Source: a virus
Lineage: Duplodnaviria; Caudoviricetes
Length of the DNA stretch: 64,000 nucleotides
Virus record (IMG/VR): IMGVR_UViG_3300029305_002203
Location: 1 to 64,000 of that record
Reading direction: 5' to 3' (one strand)
Shown: one piece after another, positions 19,520 to 30,302 of the stretch
Layout of the letters: every line of letters starts with the position of its first letter
Position numbering within the stretch: position 1 is the stretch's first letter
Position numbers and translations under genes: made by a program
The notes under the pieces: model-generated
Database searches by the model: none
What the model saw: the letters and a program-made list of their open reading frames with translations, nothing else
Told to the model about the DNA's origin: nothing

Positions 19520-20680
19520 ATGCGTAAAACACATGAGGAATTAATTGAATTGTACAAGAAGTTTAATACTGATCGGCTCTGGTCATGGTCAAGAGTGAAT
19601 TGTACTCACAATAGTTTGTATGAATATTATTTGAAATATATAGCACATGAGAAAGAAGACAGAGCAGATTCTATCTATACTGTAACTGGTGGAATATCTC
19701 ATGATATTATAGAGAAATTCTATTCTGGAGAAATCACCAAAGAGCAGATGCTAGAAGAGTTTAATGATGGATGGACGGTTGCTTTCGATATTGGAGATTT
19801 GAAGTTTAATAGAAGTGATTCTGAAAAAAATAATGATATCGCAGATAAGTATTATAAGAATCTGGAACATTTCTTTAAGAACCATACAGTATTACCTCAG
19901 AAGGTTGCTTTGGAGCAGTTTGTAACAATTAAGATTGGCGAAGAGTATTACCAGGGATATATTGACTGTCTTACAACTGATGAAAATGGTAATTATGTAA
20001 TTATAGATTGGAAAACATCTTCTCTATACGTTGGAGAAAAGGCTAAGAATGAATGCGGACAGCTCGTGCTATATGCAATGGCCTTACATCAGAAAGGTAT
20101 TCCGTATGAAAAGATTCGTATCTGTTGGAACTTCCTCAAGTATCAAAACATCACAGTTCACATGAAGAATGGAACATCTAAGGTTAGACAAATTGAACGT
20201 GTCAAGATTGGTGAATCACTTACTGCAAATGCAAAAATGTGGTTAAAAGCTTTAGGATATGAAAATAAATTAATGGAATATCTTGATTTGTTAGTTCAGA
20301 CAAATGATATTACTGTTCTTCCGGAAGATGTTCAAGAAAAATATATCTGTGAAGATTGTTATGTATATGTTGATTTAACAGAAGAGTTATTGCAGCATTG
20401 GGAAAATTACATTATTGAAACAACCAAAATGATTCGTGATAAAGAAGCAGAATATGAGATTTCTAAAGACGAAAGTATCTGGATGGAGAGTCAGGAAGAT
20501 GTAGCGAAGAATAGTTTTTATTTTGCAAATCTTTGTGCTTATTCAGCAAATAAACATAAGCCTTATAAGATTTACTTGGATAATTTAGAAAAAGAAAAGA
20601 ACGGAGACATTTTTGGAAGTAAACCAAAACCATCTGATGATGACGATGATGATATGAGTTGGTTAGCAGATTTAATATAA
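19520..20680 (+). CDS. PD-(D/E)XK (RecB/Cas4-like) exonuclease
   Basis: SWSR, GYID...IIDWKTS, QLVLY. Confidence 0.8.
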   Translation: MRKTHEELIELYKKFNTDRLWSWSRVNCTHNSLYEYYLKYIAHEKEDRADSIYTVTGGISHDIIEKFYSGEITKEQMLEEFNDGWTVAFDIGDLKFNRSDSEKNNDIADKYYKNLEHFFKNHTVLPQKVALEQFVTIKIGEEYYQGYIDCLTTDENGNYVIIDWKTSSLYVGEKAKNECGQLVLYAMALHQKGIPYEKIRICWNFLKYQNITVHMKNGTSKVRQIERVKIGESLTANAKMWLKALGYENKLMEYLDLLVQTNDITVLPEDVQEKYICEDCYVYVDLTEELLQHWENYIIETTKMIRDKEAEYEISKDESIWMESQEDVAKNSFYFANLCAYSANKHKPYKIYLDNLEKEKNGDIFGSKPKPSDDDDDDMSWLADLI

Positions 20681-20708
20681 TTAAACTAATCAAAATAATA
20701 AATAATTA

Positions 20709-20737
20709 TTGACAAATACATTCTACTGTAGTAGAAT
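20709..20737 (+). promoter_or_regulatory. sigmaA-type promoter for dnaE, flanked by operator motifs
   Basis: TTGACA(20709)-17bp-TAGAAT. Confidence 0.8.
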
Positions 20738-20818
20738 AGCATTAGGATAGGGTAGTTTGTATCCTATCCTATATTTTTTAAACAAATTAAACTAGTCAAA
20801 ATAATAAAGGGGTAAATA

Positions 20819-23800
20819 ATGAATAGAACTTACTCAGCATATCATGTACATTCTACAATGTCGAATGGTGTAACCAATATAGATAGTGTTACAAAATATA
20901 ATGATTACATAGATTATGCAGCATCATTAGGAATGAAAGCAATGGGATTCTCAGAACATGGTTCAGTTTTTCAGTGGGTAAAAAAGAAAGTTGATATAGA
21001 AAAGGCTGGTATGAAATATATTCATGCAGAAGAATTTTATGTGACTGAAGACTTATATCAAGAACCTAAGACAGAAGAATATGAGAAAGCATTAACAGAA
21101 CTTACAGAATCTTTATTGGGGACAGATCCAGAAGATGCTCAACAGGAGATATATGAGTTTGTTGAATCTAATAAAATAAAAGTAAGAGACAATCTTCACT
21201 GTATTCTTATTGCTAAGAATTATGATGGTGTTTTAGAATTAAATACTTTGTCATCTAAAGCTTTTAATAAAGAAGATGGACATTTTTATTATGTACCAAG
21301 AATTACTTTGGATGAATTGTTTAATACTTCTGATAATATTATTGTTACAACTGCTTGCATTGGCGGTATTTTTTGTAAAGGTAATAAAGAAGTACAAAAA
21401 AGAGTGGCAGATTTTTTACTTGCTAATAAACATAGATGTTATTTGGAAGTGCAGCATCATATTGATCCTATACAGATACAATATAATCAGTATCTTGCAA
21501 AGATTTCTGAGAAATATGGTATTCCATTGATAGCCGGTACAGATACACATGCATTAAATAAAACTCATTTAGTTGGTAGAGAAATTCTTCAGAAAGCAAA
21601 AGATGTTAACTTTGAAGGAGAATCCAATTTTGATTTAACATTTAAAACTTATGATGAATTAGTTGAATGTTATAGAAAACAAGGTGCGTTAACAGAAGAA
21701 CAGTATCTTAAAGCTATTGAAAATACAAATGTTATGGCAGATAGTATTGAAGAATTTGAATTGGATTATACTAAAAAATATCCTAAATTATATGAAGATT
21801 CAATGGCTGCTATAAAGCAAAAAATTGTACAAGGTGTAAAAGATAGGGGTATTGATAAATATCCTAACTATAAAGAATATAAAGAAAAAATCGCATATGA
21901 ATTAAAAACATATATACATAATGGTGCGATTGATTTCTTGTTACTTGAAGAAGACTATAAGGCTGCATTAAGAAAACAAGGTGTTTACTGTGGCCCATCA
22001 AGAGGTTCTGTTTCTGGAAGTATTATTGCCTATATACTTGGGATAACAGATGAAGATAGTATAAAGTTTAATCTTAATTTTGAAAGATTTATGAATCAGG
22101 AACGTGTTTCACTCGCAGACGTGGATAGCGACTGGTATAAAGGTGATCGTTGGAAAGTAAGAGATTATCTTTATAAAAGAGACGGTTTGTATTGTTGCGA
22201 TATTATTACATTTAACACGATTGCAATGAAAGGTGCAATTAAAGATGTTGGTAGAGCATTGGGTATGACACCGGAAGAAACACAAAGTATTAGTGATTTA
22301 GTACAACAAGATGAAAATAAAAAAGATTTTGTTGAAAATTGGGTAAGAGAAAAATATCCATTATTGTTTAAATATGTAGATATTGTAATGGGTACTATTG
22401 TTTCTGTAGGTAATCATCCAGCAGGATTAGTAGTTTCTCCACACGATGTAAATCCAGCATTAGGTACATTTTATAGTTCGGCAAATGAAAATCCTATATC
22501 ACAGATTAACATGAAGGCAGTAGATATGCTTAATTATGTAAAACTTGATGTTCTTGGTTTGGATTGTGTTGGACTTATTAATCAGACTTGTAAGTTTGCA
22601 AACATTCCAAGATTAACACCAGATAATATGGATTTTAATGATATTAAAGTGTGGAATGATATTGCACAAGATACAACTATGGTTTTTCAATTCGAATCGG
22701 ATTTCGCTGGAGATTATTTGAAAAGTATCTTGGCAAAAGAAACAGTAGAAAAGATTAAGGCAGTAAACCCTAATTTCTCATATATTGATTTAATGTCAAT
22801 GGCAAATGGTGCAATTAGACCGGCAGGTGAATCATATAGAAATGAATTATCACAAGGTATTTATAGAGATAATGGACATAAAGCATTAAATGATTTTTTA
22901 GCACCAACGTTAGGATATCTTGTATATCAAGAACAGATTATTGAATTCCTTTATAAATTCTGTGGTTTTACAATGGGTGAAGCTGACGTTGTAAGAAGAC
23001 ATTTTGCTAAAAAGACTGGTACAGAAAATGATATCCCAATCATTAAAGATGGTGGATATCTTACAGATGACAGAAAGCATTATATCAAAGGTTTTATTCA
23101 GACAATGAAAGATGATTATAGTGTTGAAAAAGAAGAAGCAGAACAATTGATTGTTAATTTTCTTCAGGTAATCATTGATGCAAGTTCGTATTTGTTTTCG
23201 AAAAACCATTCTGATCCGTACAGTCACCTTGGCTTCGCTTGTGGATATTTAAGATATTATCATCCACTTGAGTTTTTAACTGCGGCAATGAACATTTATA
23301 AAGAAGATTCTGAAAAGAGCATTAAGATAAAAGAGTATGCAAAGAAGAAAGGTATAGAAGTAAAACCAATTCAGTTTGGTAAATCTAAAGCCGAATATTT
23401 TATGGATAAAAAAGAGAATGTTATTTACCAGGGAATTGAAAGTTTAAAGTATTGTAATGCACAGATTGCAGATGAATTATTTGAACTTTCTAAAAACCAC
23501 TACAACAACTTTGTAGAATTGATTCAAGATATCAATGAAAAGACTTCTGTAAACTCTAGACAGTTAGAAATCCTTACTGGTCTTGGTTTCTTTGAAAAAT
23601 TTGGACGCAACGCATACTTACTAGAAATTATTAGATTGTGTAATGGTGTAAAGGAAGGAAGTAAAGTTGTTCGTCCGGCATTATTAGATTGTAAACAGCT
23701 TAAAAAGGATAAACTTGAATCTTACGGAATTTCCGAATACTTGGCTCAAAAGTATAGTGGTAAAGAAACAGCAAAACAATATTCAGATATTGATAATATT

Positions 23801-24181
23801 GGATTGCTTAACGAGTTAACAAACAGATTAGAGAATAAACCACTGAATGTAGTAGAGCAGATTAAATTTGAACTTTCATATTTAGAATATGTTGTTTATA
23901 CAAATCCTAAAATTAATGAGCAGTATTACATAGTAACGGAGTATAAAACATTTAAAGAACCAAGAAAACCATACGTTACACTGCACAATCTAAAAACTGG
24001 AGAAGATGTAAAGACTAAGATTAAATCAGTAAAAGTGTACGAGGGAGCACCATTCGGATTATATAGTATATTGAAAGTAAAAGAGTTTACAATGTCTCCT
24101 AAGACAAAAATGATAAACGGAGAATGGGTAAAAACAGATGAATTAGAACCAATCTTGACTTCCTACGAAGTCATTAAGTAA
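20819..24181 (+). CDS. dnaE: DNA polymerase III alpha subunit
   Basis: PHP HVHS/SEHG/TDTH, GPSRGSVSGS, ADVDSD, HPAG, KLDVLGL, VYQEQ. Confidence 0.95.
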   Translation: MNRTYSAYHVHSTMSNGVTNIDSVTKYNDYIDYAASLGMKAMGFSEHGSVFQWVKKKVDIEKAGMKYIHAEEFYVTEDLYQEPKTEEYEKALTELTESLLGTDPEDAQQEIYEFVESNKIKVRDNLHCILIAKNYDGVLELNTLSSKAFNKEDGHFYYVPRITLDELFNTSDNIIVTTACIGGIFCKGNKEVQKRVADFLLANKHRCYLEVQHHIDPIQIQYNQYLAKISEKYGIPLIAGTDTHALNKTHLVGREILQKAKDVNFEGESNFDLTFKTYDELVECYRKQGALTEEQYLKAIENTNVMADSIEEFELDYTKKYPKLYEDSMAAIKQKIVQGVKDRGIDKYPNYKEYKEKIAYELKTYIHNGAIDFLLLEEDYKAALRKQGVYCGPSRGSVSGSIIAYILGITDEDSIKFNLNFERFMNQERVSLADVDSDWYKGDRWKVRDYLYKRDGLYCCDIITFNTIAMKGAIKDVGRALGMTPEETQSISDLVQQDENKKDFVENWVREKYPLLFKYVDIVMGTIVSVGNHPAGLVVSPHDVNPALGTFYSSANENPISQINMKAVDMLNYVKLDVLGLDCVGLINQTCKFANIPRLTPDNMDFNDIKVWNDIAQDTTMVFQFESDFAGDYLKSILAKETVEKIKAVNPNFSYIDLMSMANGAIRPAGESYRNELSQGIYRDNGHKALNDFLAPTLGYLVYQEQIIEFLYKFCGFTMGEADVVRRHFAKKTGTENDIPIIKDGGYLTDDRKHYIKGFIQTMKDDYSVEKEEAEQLIVNFLQVIIDASSYLFSKNHSDPYSHLGFACGYLRYYHPLEFLTAAMNIYKEDSEKSIKIKEYAKKKGIEVKPIQFGKSKAEYFMDKKENVIYQGIESLKYCNAQIADELFELSKNHYNNFVELIQDINEKTSVNSRQLEILTGLGFFEKFGRNAYLLEIIRLCNGVKEGSKVVRPALLDCKQLKKDKLESYGISEYLAQKYSGKETAKQYSDIDNIGLLNELTNRLENKPLNVVEQIKFELSYLEYVVYTNPKINEQYYIVTEYKTFKEPRKPYVTLHNLKTGEDVKTKIKSVKVYEGAPFGLYSILKVKEFTMSPKTKMINGEWVKTDELEPILTSYEVIK

Positions 24182-24218
24182 TAAGCGAAACTAGTTAAAA
24201 TAATAAAGGTGTAAAGTA

Positions 24219-26483
24219 ATGAGCAATAACACAAACAATAAATCAATAGAATTCGTTGGCAGAGTAATAAATCAAATTTACTCTGCCGAGGACTTCAAAA
24301 TGTATGCATGCGATGTTGATAGAGAAAAATATCCAAATATAAAGTTCGGTAAATTTGGTAATGCAGTAATCGCTGGTAATTTACATAGTTTAACTCCCGG
24401 AGTTGAATATCAAATCAAGGCTATTGAGAAGAATGGTTCAAAAGGATATTTGTATAACGTAATTAATATTCGCAAGACAGATTTGAAGACAGAAGGGGAT
24501 GTATATGAGTTTCTTCAAGAAATACTTACATTTCGTCAGGCATCAGAGCTGTATAAGGTATATCCAAACATTGTTGATATGATAATGAATGGAGAGTCTG
24601 ACAAAGTTGATTTATCAAAACTGAATGGCATAAAAGAATATACCTTTGAAAGAATCAAAGAAAAAATTATAGAAAACTTTTGTCTTTATGAAATTATTAA
24701 TGAATACGGTGGAGTTCTTACTATGAATATGATGAAAAAATTGTATGAAAAGTATCCATCAGTAGAAAAGATTCGTAGTGAATTAAAAAATAAACCATAT
24801 AAGTGTTTGGTTAATCTTAGTAGAGTTGGTTTTAAAACGGCAGATACTATGCTGCTTAAACTTGAGAAAGAGGGTAAGTTAGAATTTTCTTCTGATTTAA
24901 AAACGAGTAAAGATAGATGTATGGCCTGTATGGTTCATTTGCTAGAGAAAAATGAAGAAGAAGGAAATACACGTATGTCCATTCCGGAACTTCGAAAAGC
25001 AGTTCTTAAGCTCTGTCCTGCATGTGCTCATCATTTTGTAGATTGTATCAATGGCAATAAGGATATCTATTACAGTAAAGAGACTATGGATATTGCTTTG
25101 ATGAGCACATATCTAACTGAATTAAAGATTGCTATAACTATTCTTGATGGATTAAAGAAGAAACAAGTGTGGAATATTGATTGGAAATCATATAGAGACA
25201 AAGGGGAATTTCCTTTATCTGATGAACAGTTAAGTTCTTTGGGTATGGCTTGTCTTGAACAAATTATTATCCTTTGTGGTTTTGCTGGTAGTGGAAAAAC
25301 CGCTACAACAAACACGTTAATTAAAATGTTAGAAGATGATAATAAAACATATATGCTTGTTTCACCTACTGGAAGAGCTGCGAAGGTATTGTCTGGATAT
25401 ACTGCAAGACCTGCTGGTACAGTACATAGACAATATAAATACAATCCTAAAGACGGTTGGGGATATAACGAAGAAAATAAGGTTGATGTAGATATTGTTA
25501 TTTGTGATGAATCTTCTATGATAGATATATTTTTATTTCTTCGTTTATTAGAAGGTATAGATTTTAATAGAACAAAATTATTTATTATAGGAGATCCTGC
25601 GCAGTTGTGTTCGGTGTCGGCAGGGAATGTTTTAAATGATTTGATTTCTAGTAAGGTTATTCCAACAACCATATTGTCAAAAATCTTCAGATATTCGGAC
25701 GGAGGATTGATGCAAGTTGCTACTGATACAAGAAATGGCAAAATATTTCTTAAAGAACAAACTGATGGTTTTCAATATTTTGGCAACAATAAAGATTATG
25801 CATTCTTACAGTGTACTAATGAGAACATCATAAAACGTGCAGTGGCATTATATGAGAAATTGTTGCAGCAAGGATATAAACCAGAAGATATCATGGTTCT
25901 TACATCTCAGAATAAGGGAGATTATGGAACAATTGAAATAAACAGACAGTTACAAAAGGTTGCTAATAAAAATTTTGGCTCTAACAAAAACATGAAAGTA
26001 GGAGATTCAATCTACTATTTAGATGATTTAACAATGCAGATACAGAATAATTATAAAGCTATTGTTTATAAAGAAGATGATTTTTTTGATTCATCTGATG
26101 AAATACAAACATTGATTGCAAATGGAGAATTAGGAGTCATTAAAGATATAAATTCATCTCGTGTAGTTATTGATTTTGATGGAACATTAATTAGATATGG
26201 AAGAGAAGATATGCAGAATATAACTGCCGGATATTGTCTTACCACACATAAGAGTCAGGGTGGCTCTGCAAAGATAGTAGTATTTCTTACTCCATCAGCT
26301 CATACCTTCATGTTATCATCAAACCTTTTGTACGTTGGTTTGACCCGAACAAAAGAAAAATGTTTCCATCTTGGAGATATGACAACAGTAAATAGAGCAA
26401 TTAAGAAAAAAGAGAATGTCAATAGAAATACTTTTTTATTGAGTATGCTAAAAACTAATCAAAATAATAAAGGACAAAAATAA
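24219..26483 (+). CDS. recD2: RecD2-like SF1B helicase
   Basis: GFAGSGKT, DESSM, IGDPAQL, TTHKSQGG, LYVGLTR. Confidence 0.9.
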   Translation: MSNNTNNKSIEFVGRVINQIYSAEDFKMYACDVDREKYPNIKFGKFGNAVIAGNLHSLTPGVEYQIKAIEKNGSKGYLYNVINIRKTDLKTEGDVYEFLQEILTFRQASELYKVYPNIVDMIMNGESDKVDLSKLNGIKEYTFERIKEKIIENFCLYEIINEYGGVLTMNMMKKLYEKYPSVEKIRSELKNKPYKCLVNLSRVGFKTADTMLLKLEKEGKLEFSSDLKTSKDRCMACMVHLLEKNEEEGNTRMSIPELRKAVLKLCPACAHHFVDCINGNKDIYYSKETMDIALMSTYLTELKIAITILDGLKKKQVWNIDWKSYRDKGEFPLSDEQLSSLGMACLEQIIILCGFAGSGKTATTNTLIKMLEDDNKTYMLVSPTGRAAKVLSGYTARPAGTVHRQYKYNPKDGWGYNEENKVDVDIVICDESSMIDIFLFLRLLEGIDFNRTKLFIIGDPAQLCSVSAGNVLNDLISSKVIPTTILSKIFRYSDGGLMQVATDTRNGKIFLKEQTDGFQYFGNNKDYAFLQCTNENIIKRAVALYEKLLQQGYKPEDIMVLTSQNKGDYGTIEINRQLQKVANKNFGSNKNMKVGDSIYYLDDLTMQIQNNYKAIVYKEDDFFDSSDEIQTLIANGELGVIKDINSSRVVIDFDGTLIRYGREDMQNITAGYCLTTHKSQGGSAKIVVFLTPSAHTFMLSSNLLYVGLTRTKEKCFHLGDMTTVNRAIKKKENVNRNTFLLSMLKTNQNNKGQK

Positions 26484-26746
26484 TGTTAGAAAAAGGACAG
26501 ATTGTATATTACGCAAGAATAATTGAAAATGTTGGAATTTATGATGTATTAGAACTGAAGATACGTACAGTAGCAGACACCTATTTTGTTGGAACTGAAA
26601 AAAATAGTAAACATGCATATCTATTAAGTAATTTTTATTTAAATGAAACAGTTTTTTATGATAGAAAACAAGCTTTAAAGATCGTAAAAGAAGCAGAGAA
26701 AAATAAGAAAGAAGCGAGCACAGAGACTTATTATGAGGAAGATTAG
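26483..26746 (+). CDS. hypothetical phage protein
   Basis: Translationally coupled ORF. Confidence 0.7.
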   Translation: MLEKGQIVYYARIIENVGIYDVLELKIRTVADTYFVGTEKNSKHAYLLSNFYLNETVFYDRKQALKIVKEAEKNKKEASTETYYEED

Positions 26747-26757
26747 GAGGAAAAATA

Positions 26758-27504
26758 ATGACAGAAGAACAGTTGAAATTTGTAGAACCAATTCTCAATA
26801 CGTTTGAGAATAATGATATCAAAGAATTCGCAGTGGAAATACTAAACAACATTCCTAGTTATATTTGGGATGTTGGAGCATCATCGACTGGTAAGTACCA
26901 TCCGGCTTATACCTTGGGAAGTCTTGGTCTGATGAAACACCAAGTAGCAGTAGTAAGATTTATTAATTTCTTTTTTGAATTAGAACAGTATAAAAACAGA
27001 TTTACTCCAAGACAAAGAGACTTACTTAGGTTGGCAGCATTGACGCATGATGGAAGAAAGTCTGGTTCTCAGGAAGATTATGAGAAATCTAAGTATACAA
27101 AGTTTGAACATCCATTATTAATGGCAAAAGTGTATTTATCGTACAAAGACAAAGGTTTATTACCAGAAGATGAGTTGAAATATATAGCAGTAGCTATTTC
27201 AAAACATATGGGTCAGTGGAATACGGATAAAAGAAGTTCAATTGAATTACCAAAACCTTCAGATGAAGCAAGTGAGTTATTGCATTTGGCTGATTATTTA
27301 GCAAGCAGAAAGTGCTTGAATATGTCTTTTGATGAATACGAAATTCCTATCACCGAAGATATCAATACTTATAAAATGCCTTTCGGAAAACATCAAGACA
27401 CATTAATTAAGAATGTTCCAAAGGATTATCTTAAATGGTTGTCTGAGCAAGAACTAAAAGAACCATTGAAGACTTTTGTAAATCAAATTTTAAAAGACGA
27501 ATAG
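26758..27504 (+). CDS. HD-domain protein with C-terminal DUF3820-like MPFGKH motif
   Basis: SSTGKYHP, LTHDGRK, HMGQW, LADYL; MPFGKH...YLKWL. Confidence 0.75.
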   Translation: MTEEQLKFVEPILNTFENNDIKEFAVEILNNIPSYIWDVGASSTGKYHPAYTLGSLGLMKHQVAVVRFINFFFELEQYKNRFTPRQRDLLRLAALTHDGRKSGSQEDYEKSKYTKFEHPLLMAKVYLSYKDKGLLPEDELKYIAVAISKHMGQWNTDKRSSIELPKPSDEASELLHLADYLASRKCLNMSFDEYEIPITEDINTYKMPFGKHQDTLIKNVPKDYLKWLSEQELKEPLKTFVNQILKDE

Positions 27505-27563
27505 TATATTTTTTTTGACCAAAATTAAACTAGTCAAAATAATAAAAATAAAGGAGAAAAAGA

Positions 27564-29858
27564 ATGAATAAACCCAAATTAACAATGATTGAATTTTTTT
27601 CTGGTATTGGAGCACAGAAGAGAGGTATTGATAACACAGAACTTTATGATTTAGATGTAGTGGCTACTAGCGATGTTGATAAAGAAGTAATGGTTGAATA
27701 TGCAGCTATTCATCATGGATTAACAAATGAGATGGTTGAGAACTATGAAAATTATCCAAGTCGTGAAGAAATGGTAGAAGAATTAAAAACCCGTAATATT
27801 GGTATGGATTTTGACAAGGGTAAAATGTTTGATTGGAACAAGCTTATAAAGAAGAAAACAAAAGATTTAGAGAAGTATTGGCTTGCTATGACATTACAGA
27901 ATAATCTTGGAGATATTAGCAAAATTGAACAAGCACCTACTGCTGATTGTTGGTTTTATTCGAGTCCTTGTCAGTGTTTTTCAGTAGCTGGTAAGCAAGA
28001 TGGTATTGATGCTACTTGTAATGCATGTGGTCAGAAATATAATCCGATGTTATTAGATGCAGACAAGAGATATATTTGTCCCCATTGTGGTTCTGATGAT
28101 GTAAAAGGTACTAGATCAGGATTATTACTTGAAATAGAAAGATTGCTCATCAAGGCTATTGAAACAAATACTGCACCTAAATATCTTTGTTTAGAGAATG
28201 TAAAGAACCTTGTAGGTAAACAGTTTAAAACTGACTTTGATGCTTGGATTAAGAGATTGGAGTATTTAGGGTACAATACATATTGGCAAGTTTTAAATGC
28301 AAAAGAATGTGGAGTTCCACAAAACAGAGAGCGTGTTTTTGCATTCTCAATCCGTAAAGACATCGACACCGACAAATTCACATTTCCACTCCCTTTTGAC
28401 ACCGGTATTCGTTTAAAAGATATTCTTGAAAAAAATGTAGATGAAAAGTATTACATAAACACAGAAAGAGCTTCAAATCTTATTCAGCAGTTAGTAGATA
28501 AAGGCCAGTTAAAAGGTCAGAGAGAATGTTGCGATTCAACTATCAATGACCCTAATGTAAGAGATGTTAGTAATGCAATTATTGCAAGATATGATGCTGG
28601 AATTAGTAATTATAGACAAACAGGATTAGCAGTAGCAGAACCTCAACCTATTCTTGTTAAGAATCAGGGAACAGAATACATAAAAAATCTTGATGAATCG
28701 GTAACACTTAAAGCAAGAGATTGGAAAGGTTGGGATAATTATGGTTCAACTGCTATTGTAGAATCTGAAACTTTAGACTCTTCTAAGAGATTAGGTGGGA
28801 TGTTTGATGATAACACTAAACATCAAGCAGGCTCAGTATGGGATACAAACGGTTTAGCACCTACATTAGATACAATGCAAGGTGGATTGAGACAACCATG
28901 TGTTGTTGACACAGAACCTAAAGAAAGATTCTTCAAACAAGCATTAGAAACATTTAATAATAATGATTGTGAAGAAGGTGATACCATTGATGCTTTCAAT
29001 CAAAGAGTAAACAAGAGTGGTTATAGCCCTACCTTAACAACAAGACCAGAAGGATTTAAAACTGCAATTTTGCCGGTTGTTAAAGAAAATGTATCCGAAA
29101 CTAGTCAAAATAAAAAGTCTACTTGGAAAGACATTAACTCTCATTACAAAATCAGTAGCAAAGGTGTAGTTGTAGATGTTATTAATAAATGCCAAGTAAA
29201 AGAAATAGATGGCAAGGTTGAATTAGAAGTCAAAGGTAAGATGGCTAAATTCCCTATTGATGCTTTAATGAAGAAGTATTTCGCAGAAGAAGTAGATACT
29301 ACAAAGCCTATTTGTGTAGGTAATACAACTCCATCTGGTAAATCACAGTGCAATGCAGTTTATTCAACTGAAGGCGTTTCTCAAACTTTGTGTGCTGGTA
29401 CTCATGGATATGCAACAGGTTCTATATTAGAAGAACAAAAAGAAGTAATAGGTATTAAACAAGCAACTAAGAAGGGATATATTGAGTGCGAACTTCCTGG
29501 GTGTGCAGATTTAAGTTTTCCTTCTTCTACAACAAGAAGAGGAAGAGTACAAGATAATGGTCAAACTTCTCCTACAATTACTGCTACAGAAACAGGAGTG
29601 CATTACATAGAATCTGTTTATCGCATAAGAAAGTTGACCGTTGGTGAGTGTTTCGTGCTTATGGGATTTGAACTATTAGATTGGGATAAATGCGTAGCAG
29701 TGGGTATTTCGAATAGTGCAGGATATAAGGCGGCTGGCAACTCAATTGTCACCAATTGTATCTCCTTGCTCTTTGAACATTTATATAAAGCACAATATGA
29801 TGAATCATATATTTGTACTGATGAAAAAATGCAAAATTTTCAGAAACCAGAGGCATAA
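27564..29858 (+). CDS. multi-TRD (multispecific) DNA cytosine-C5 methyltransferase
   Basis: FFSGIG (I), SPCQ (IV), ENV (VI), QNRERVF (VIII), ~6 tandem TRD-like modules, RKLT..EC..LMGF (IX), AGNSI (X). Confidence 0.9.
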   Translation: MNKPKLTMIEFFSGIGAQKRGIDNTELYDLDVVATSDVDKEVMVEYAAIHHGLTNEMVENYENYPSREEMVEELKTRNIGMDFDKGKMFDWNKLIKKKTKDLEKYWLAMTLQNNLGDISKIEQAPTADCWFYSSPCQCFSVAGKQDGIDATCNACGQKYNPMLLDADKRYICPHCGSDDVKGTRSGLLLEIERLLIKAIETNTAPKYLCLENVKNLVGKQFKTDFDAWIKRLEYLGYNTYWQVLNAKECGVPQNRERVFAFSIRKDIDTDKFTFPLPFDTGIRLKDILEKNVDEKYYINTERASNLIQQLVDKGQLKGQRECCDSTINDPNVRDVSNAIIARYDAGISNYRQTGLAVAEPQPILVKNQGTEYIKNLDESVTLKARDWKGWDNYGSTAIVESETLDSSKRLGGMFDDNTKHQAGSVWDTNGLAPTLDTMQGGLRQPCVVDTEPKERFFKQALETFNNNDCEEGDTIDAFNQRVNKSGYSPTLTTRPEGFKTAILPVVKENVSETSQNKKSTWKDINSHYKISSKGVVVDVINKCQVKEIDGKVELEVKGKMAKFPIDALMKKYFAEEVDTTKPICVGNTTPSGKSQCNAVYSTEGVSQTLCAGTHGYATGSILEEQKEVIGIKQATKKGYIECELPGCADLSFPSSTTRRGRVQDNGQTSPTITATETGVHYIESVYRIRKLTVGECFVLMGFELLDWDKCVAVGISNSAGYKAAGNSIVTNCISLLFEHLYKAQYDESYICTDEKMQNFQKPEA

Positions 29859-29868
29859 CTGTCTCTGG
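29834..29868 (+). other. predicted -1 programmed ribosomal frameshift signal
   Basis: In-frame A AAT TTT heptamer (29834-29840), 6-nt spacer, 9-bp stem CCAGAGGCA/TGTCTCTGG. Confidence 0.7.
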
Positions 29869-30040
29869 CGAAGAAACATTTAAACCACAGCTACTTGCTG
29901 GTTTCGGTGAAATAAACTTTGGCAAACAATATAGACAAGGTAATAGAGTTTATTCGAGCGACCATATAGCCATGGCACTCAATGCTCAACCTGTCGGAAA
30001 TATGGGAGGTTATTCATATTTATATGTCGTTAGAGAATAA
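29840..30040 (+). CDS. -1-frame extension of MTase encoding extra TRD-like module
   Basis: Open -1 frame SETRGITVSGEETFKPQLLAGFGEINFGKQYRQGNRVYSSDHIAMALNAQPVGNMGGYSYLYVVRE*; no own start/SD at its 5' end. Confidence 0.65.
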   Translation, partial: SETRGITVSGEETFKPQLLAGFGEINFGKQYRQGNRVYSSDHIAMALNAQPVGNMGGYSYLYVVRE

Positions 30041-30302
30041 TAAAGAAGTATATATATTAGATGACCTATATGCCAATAGAGATCCAAGACTATACACTGA
30101 ATGCCCCACATTGCGTAGTGAACGATATGGCTTAAAGGTTATAGAAGAATTCCCGGTTTGTTGTGCTATGCGTGGAAGATATAATGAAGACGGAAAGATA
30201 GAGCAGCAATTAGAAGTTAATTCGGCAGATTATTGTAATGCAATTACAACAGTTTTTAAAGATTGTATGATATTGGAGAAATTGGAGAATACAGATGAGT
30301 GA
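30024..30302 (+). CDS. stand-alone protein with two MTase TRD-like modules
   Basis: GGGAGG SD; CPTLRSERYGLKVIE and CCAMRGR...CNAITTVFKDCMILE resemble the PTL/xTL TRD repeats of the MTase. Confidence 0.65.
   Translation: MSLENNKEVYILDDLYANRDPRLYTECPTLRSERYGLKVIEEFPVCCAMRGRYNEDGKIEQQLEVNSADYCNAITTVFKDCMILEKLENTDE

Noticed and set aside
2489-29353. Numerous antisense ORFs in the track (e.g. 2489-2797, 5974-6309, 14482-14877, 25070-25741, 28031-28402)
   Set aside because: Fully overlap well-supported + strand genes; no SD or recognisable motifs
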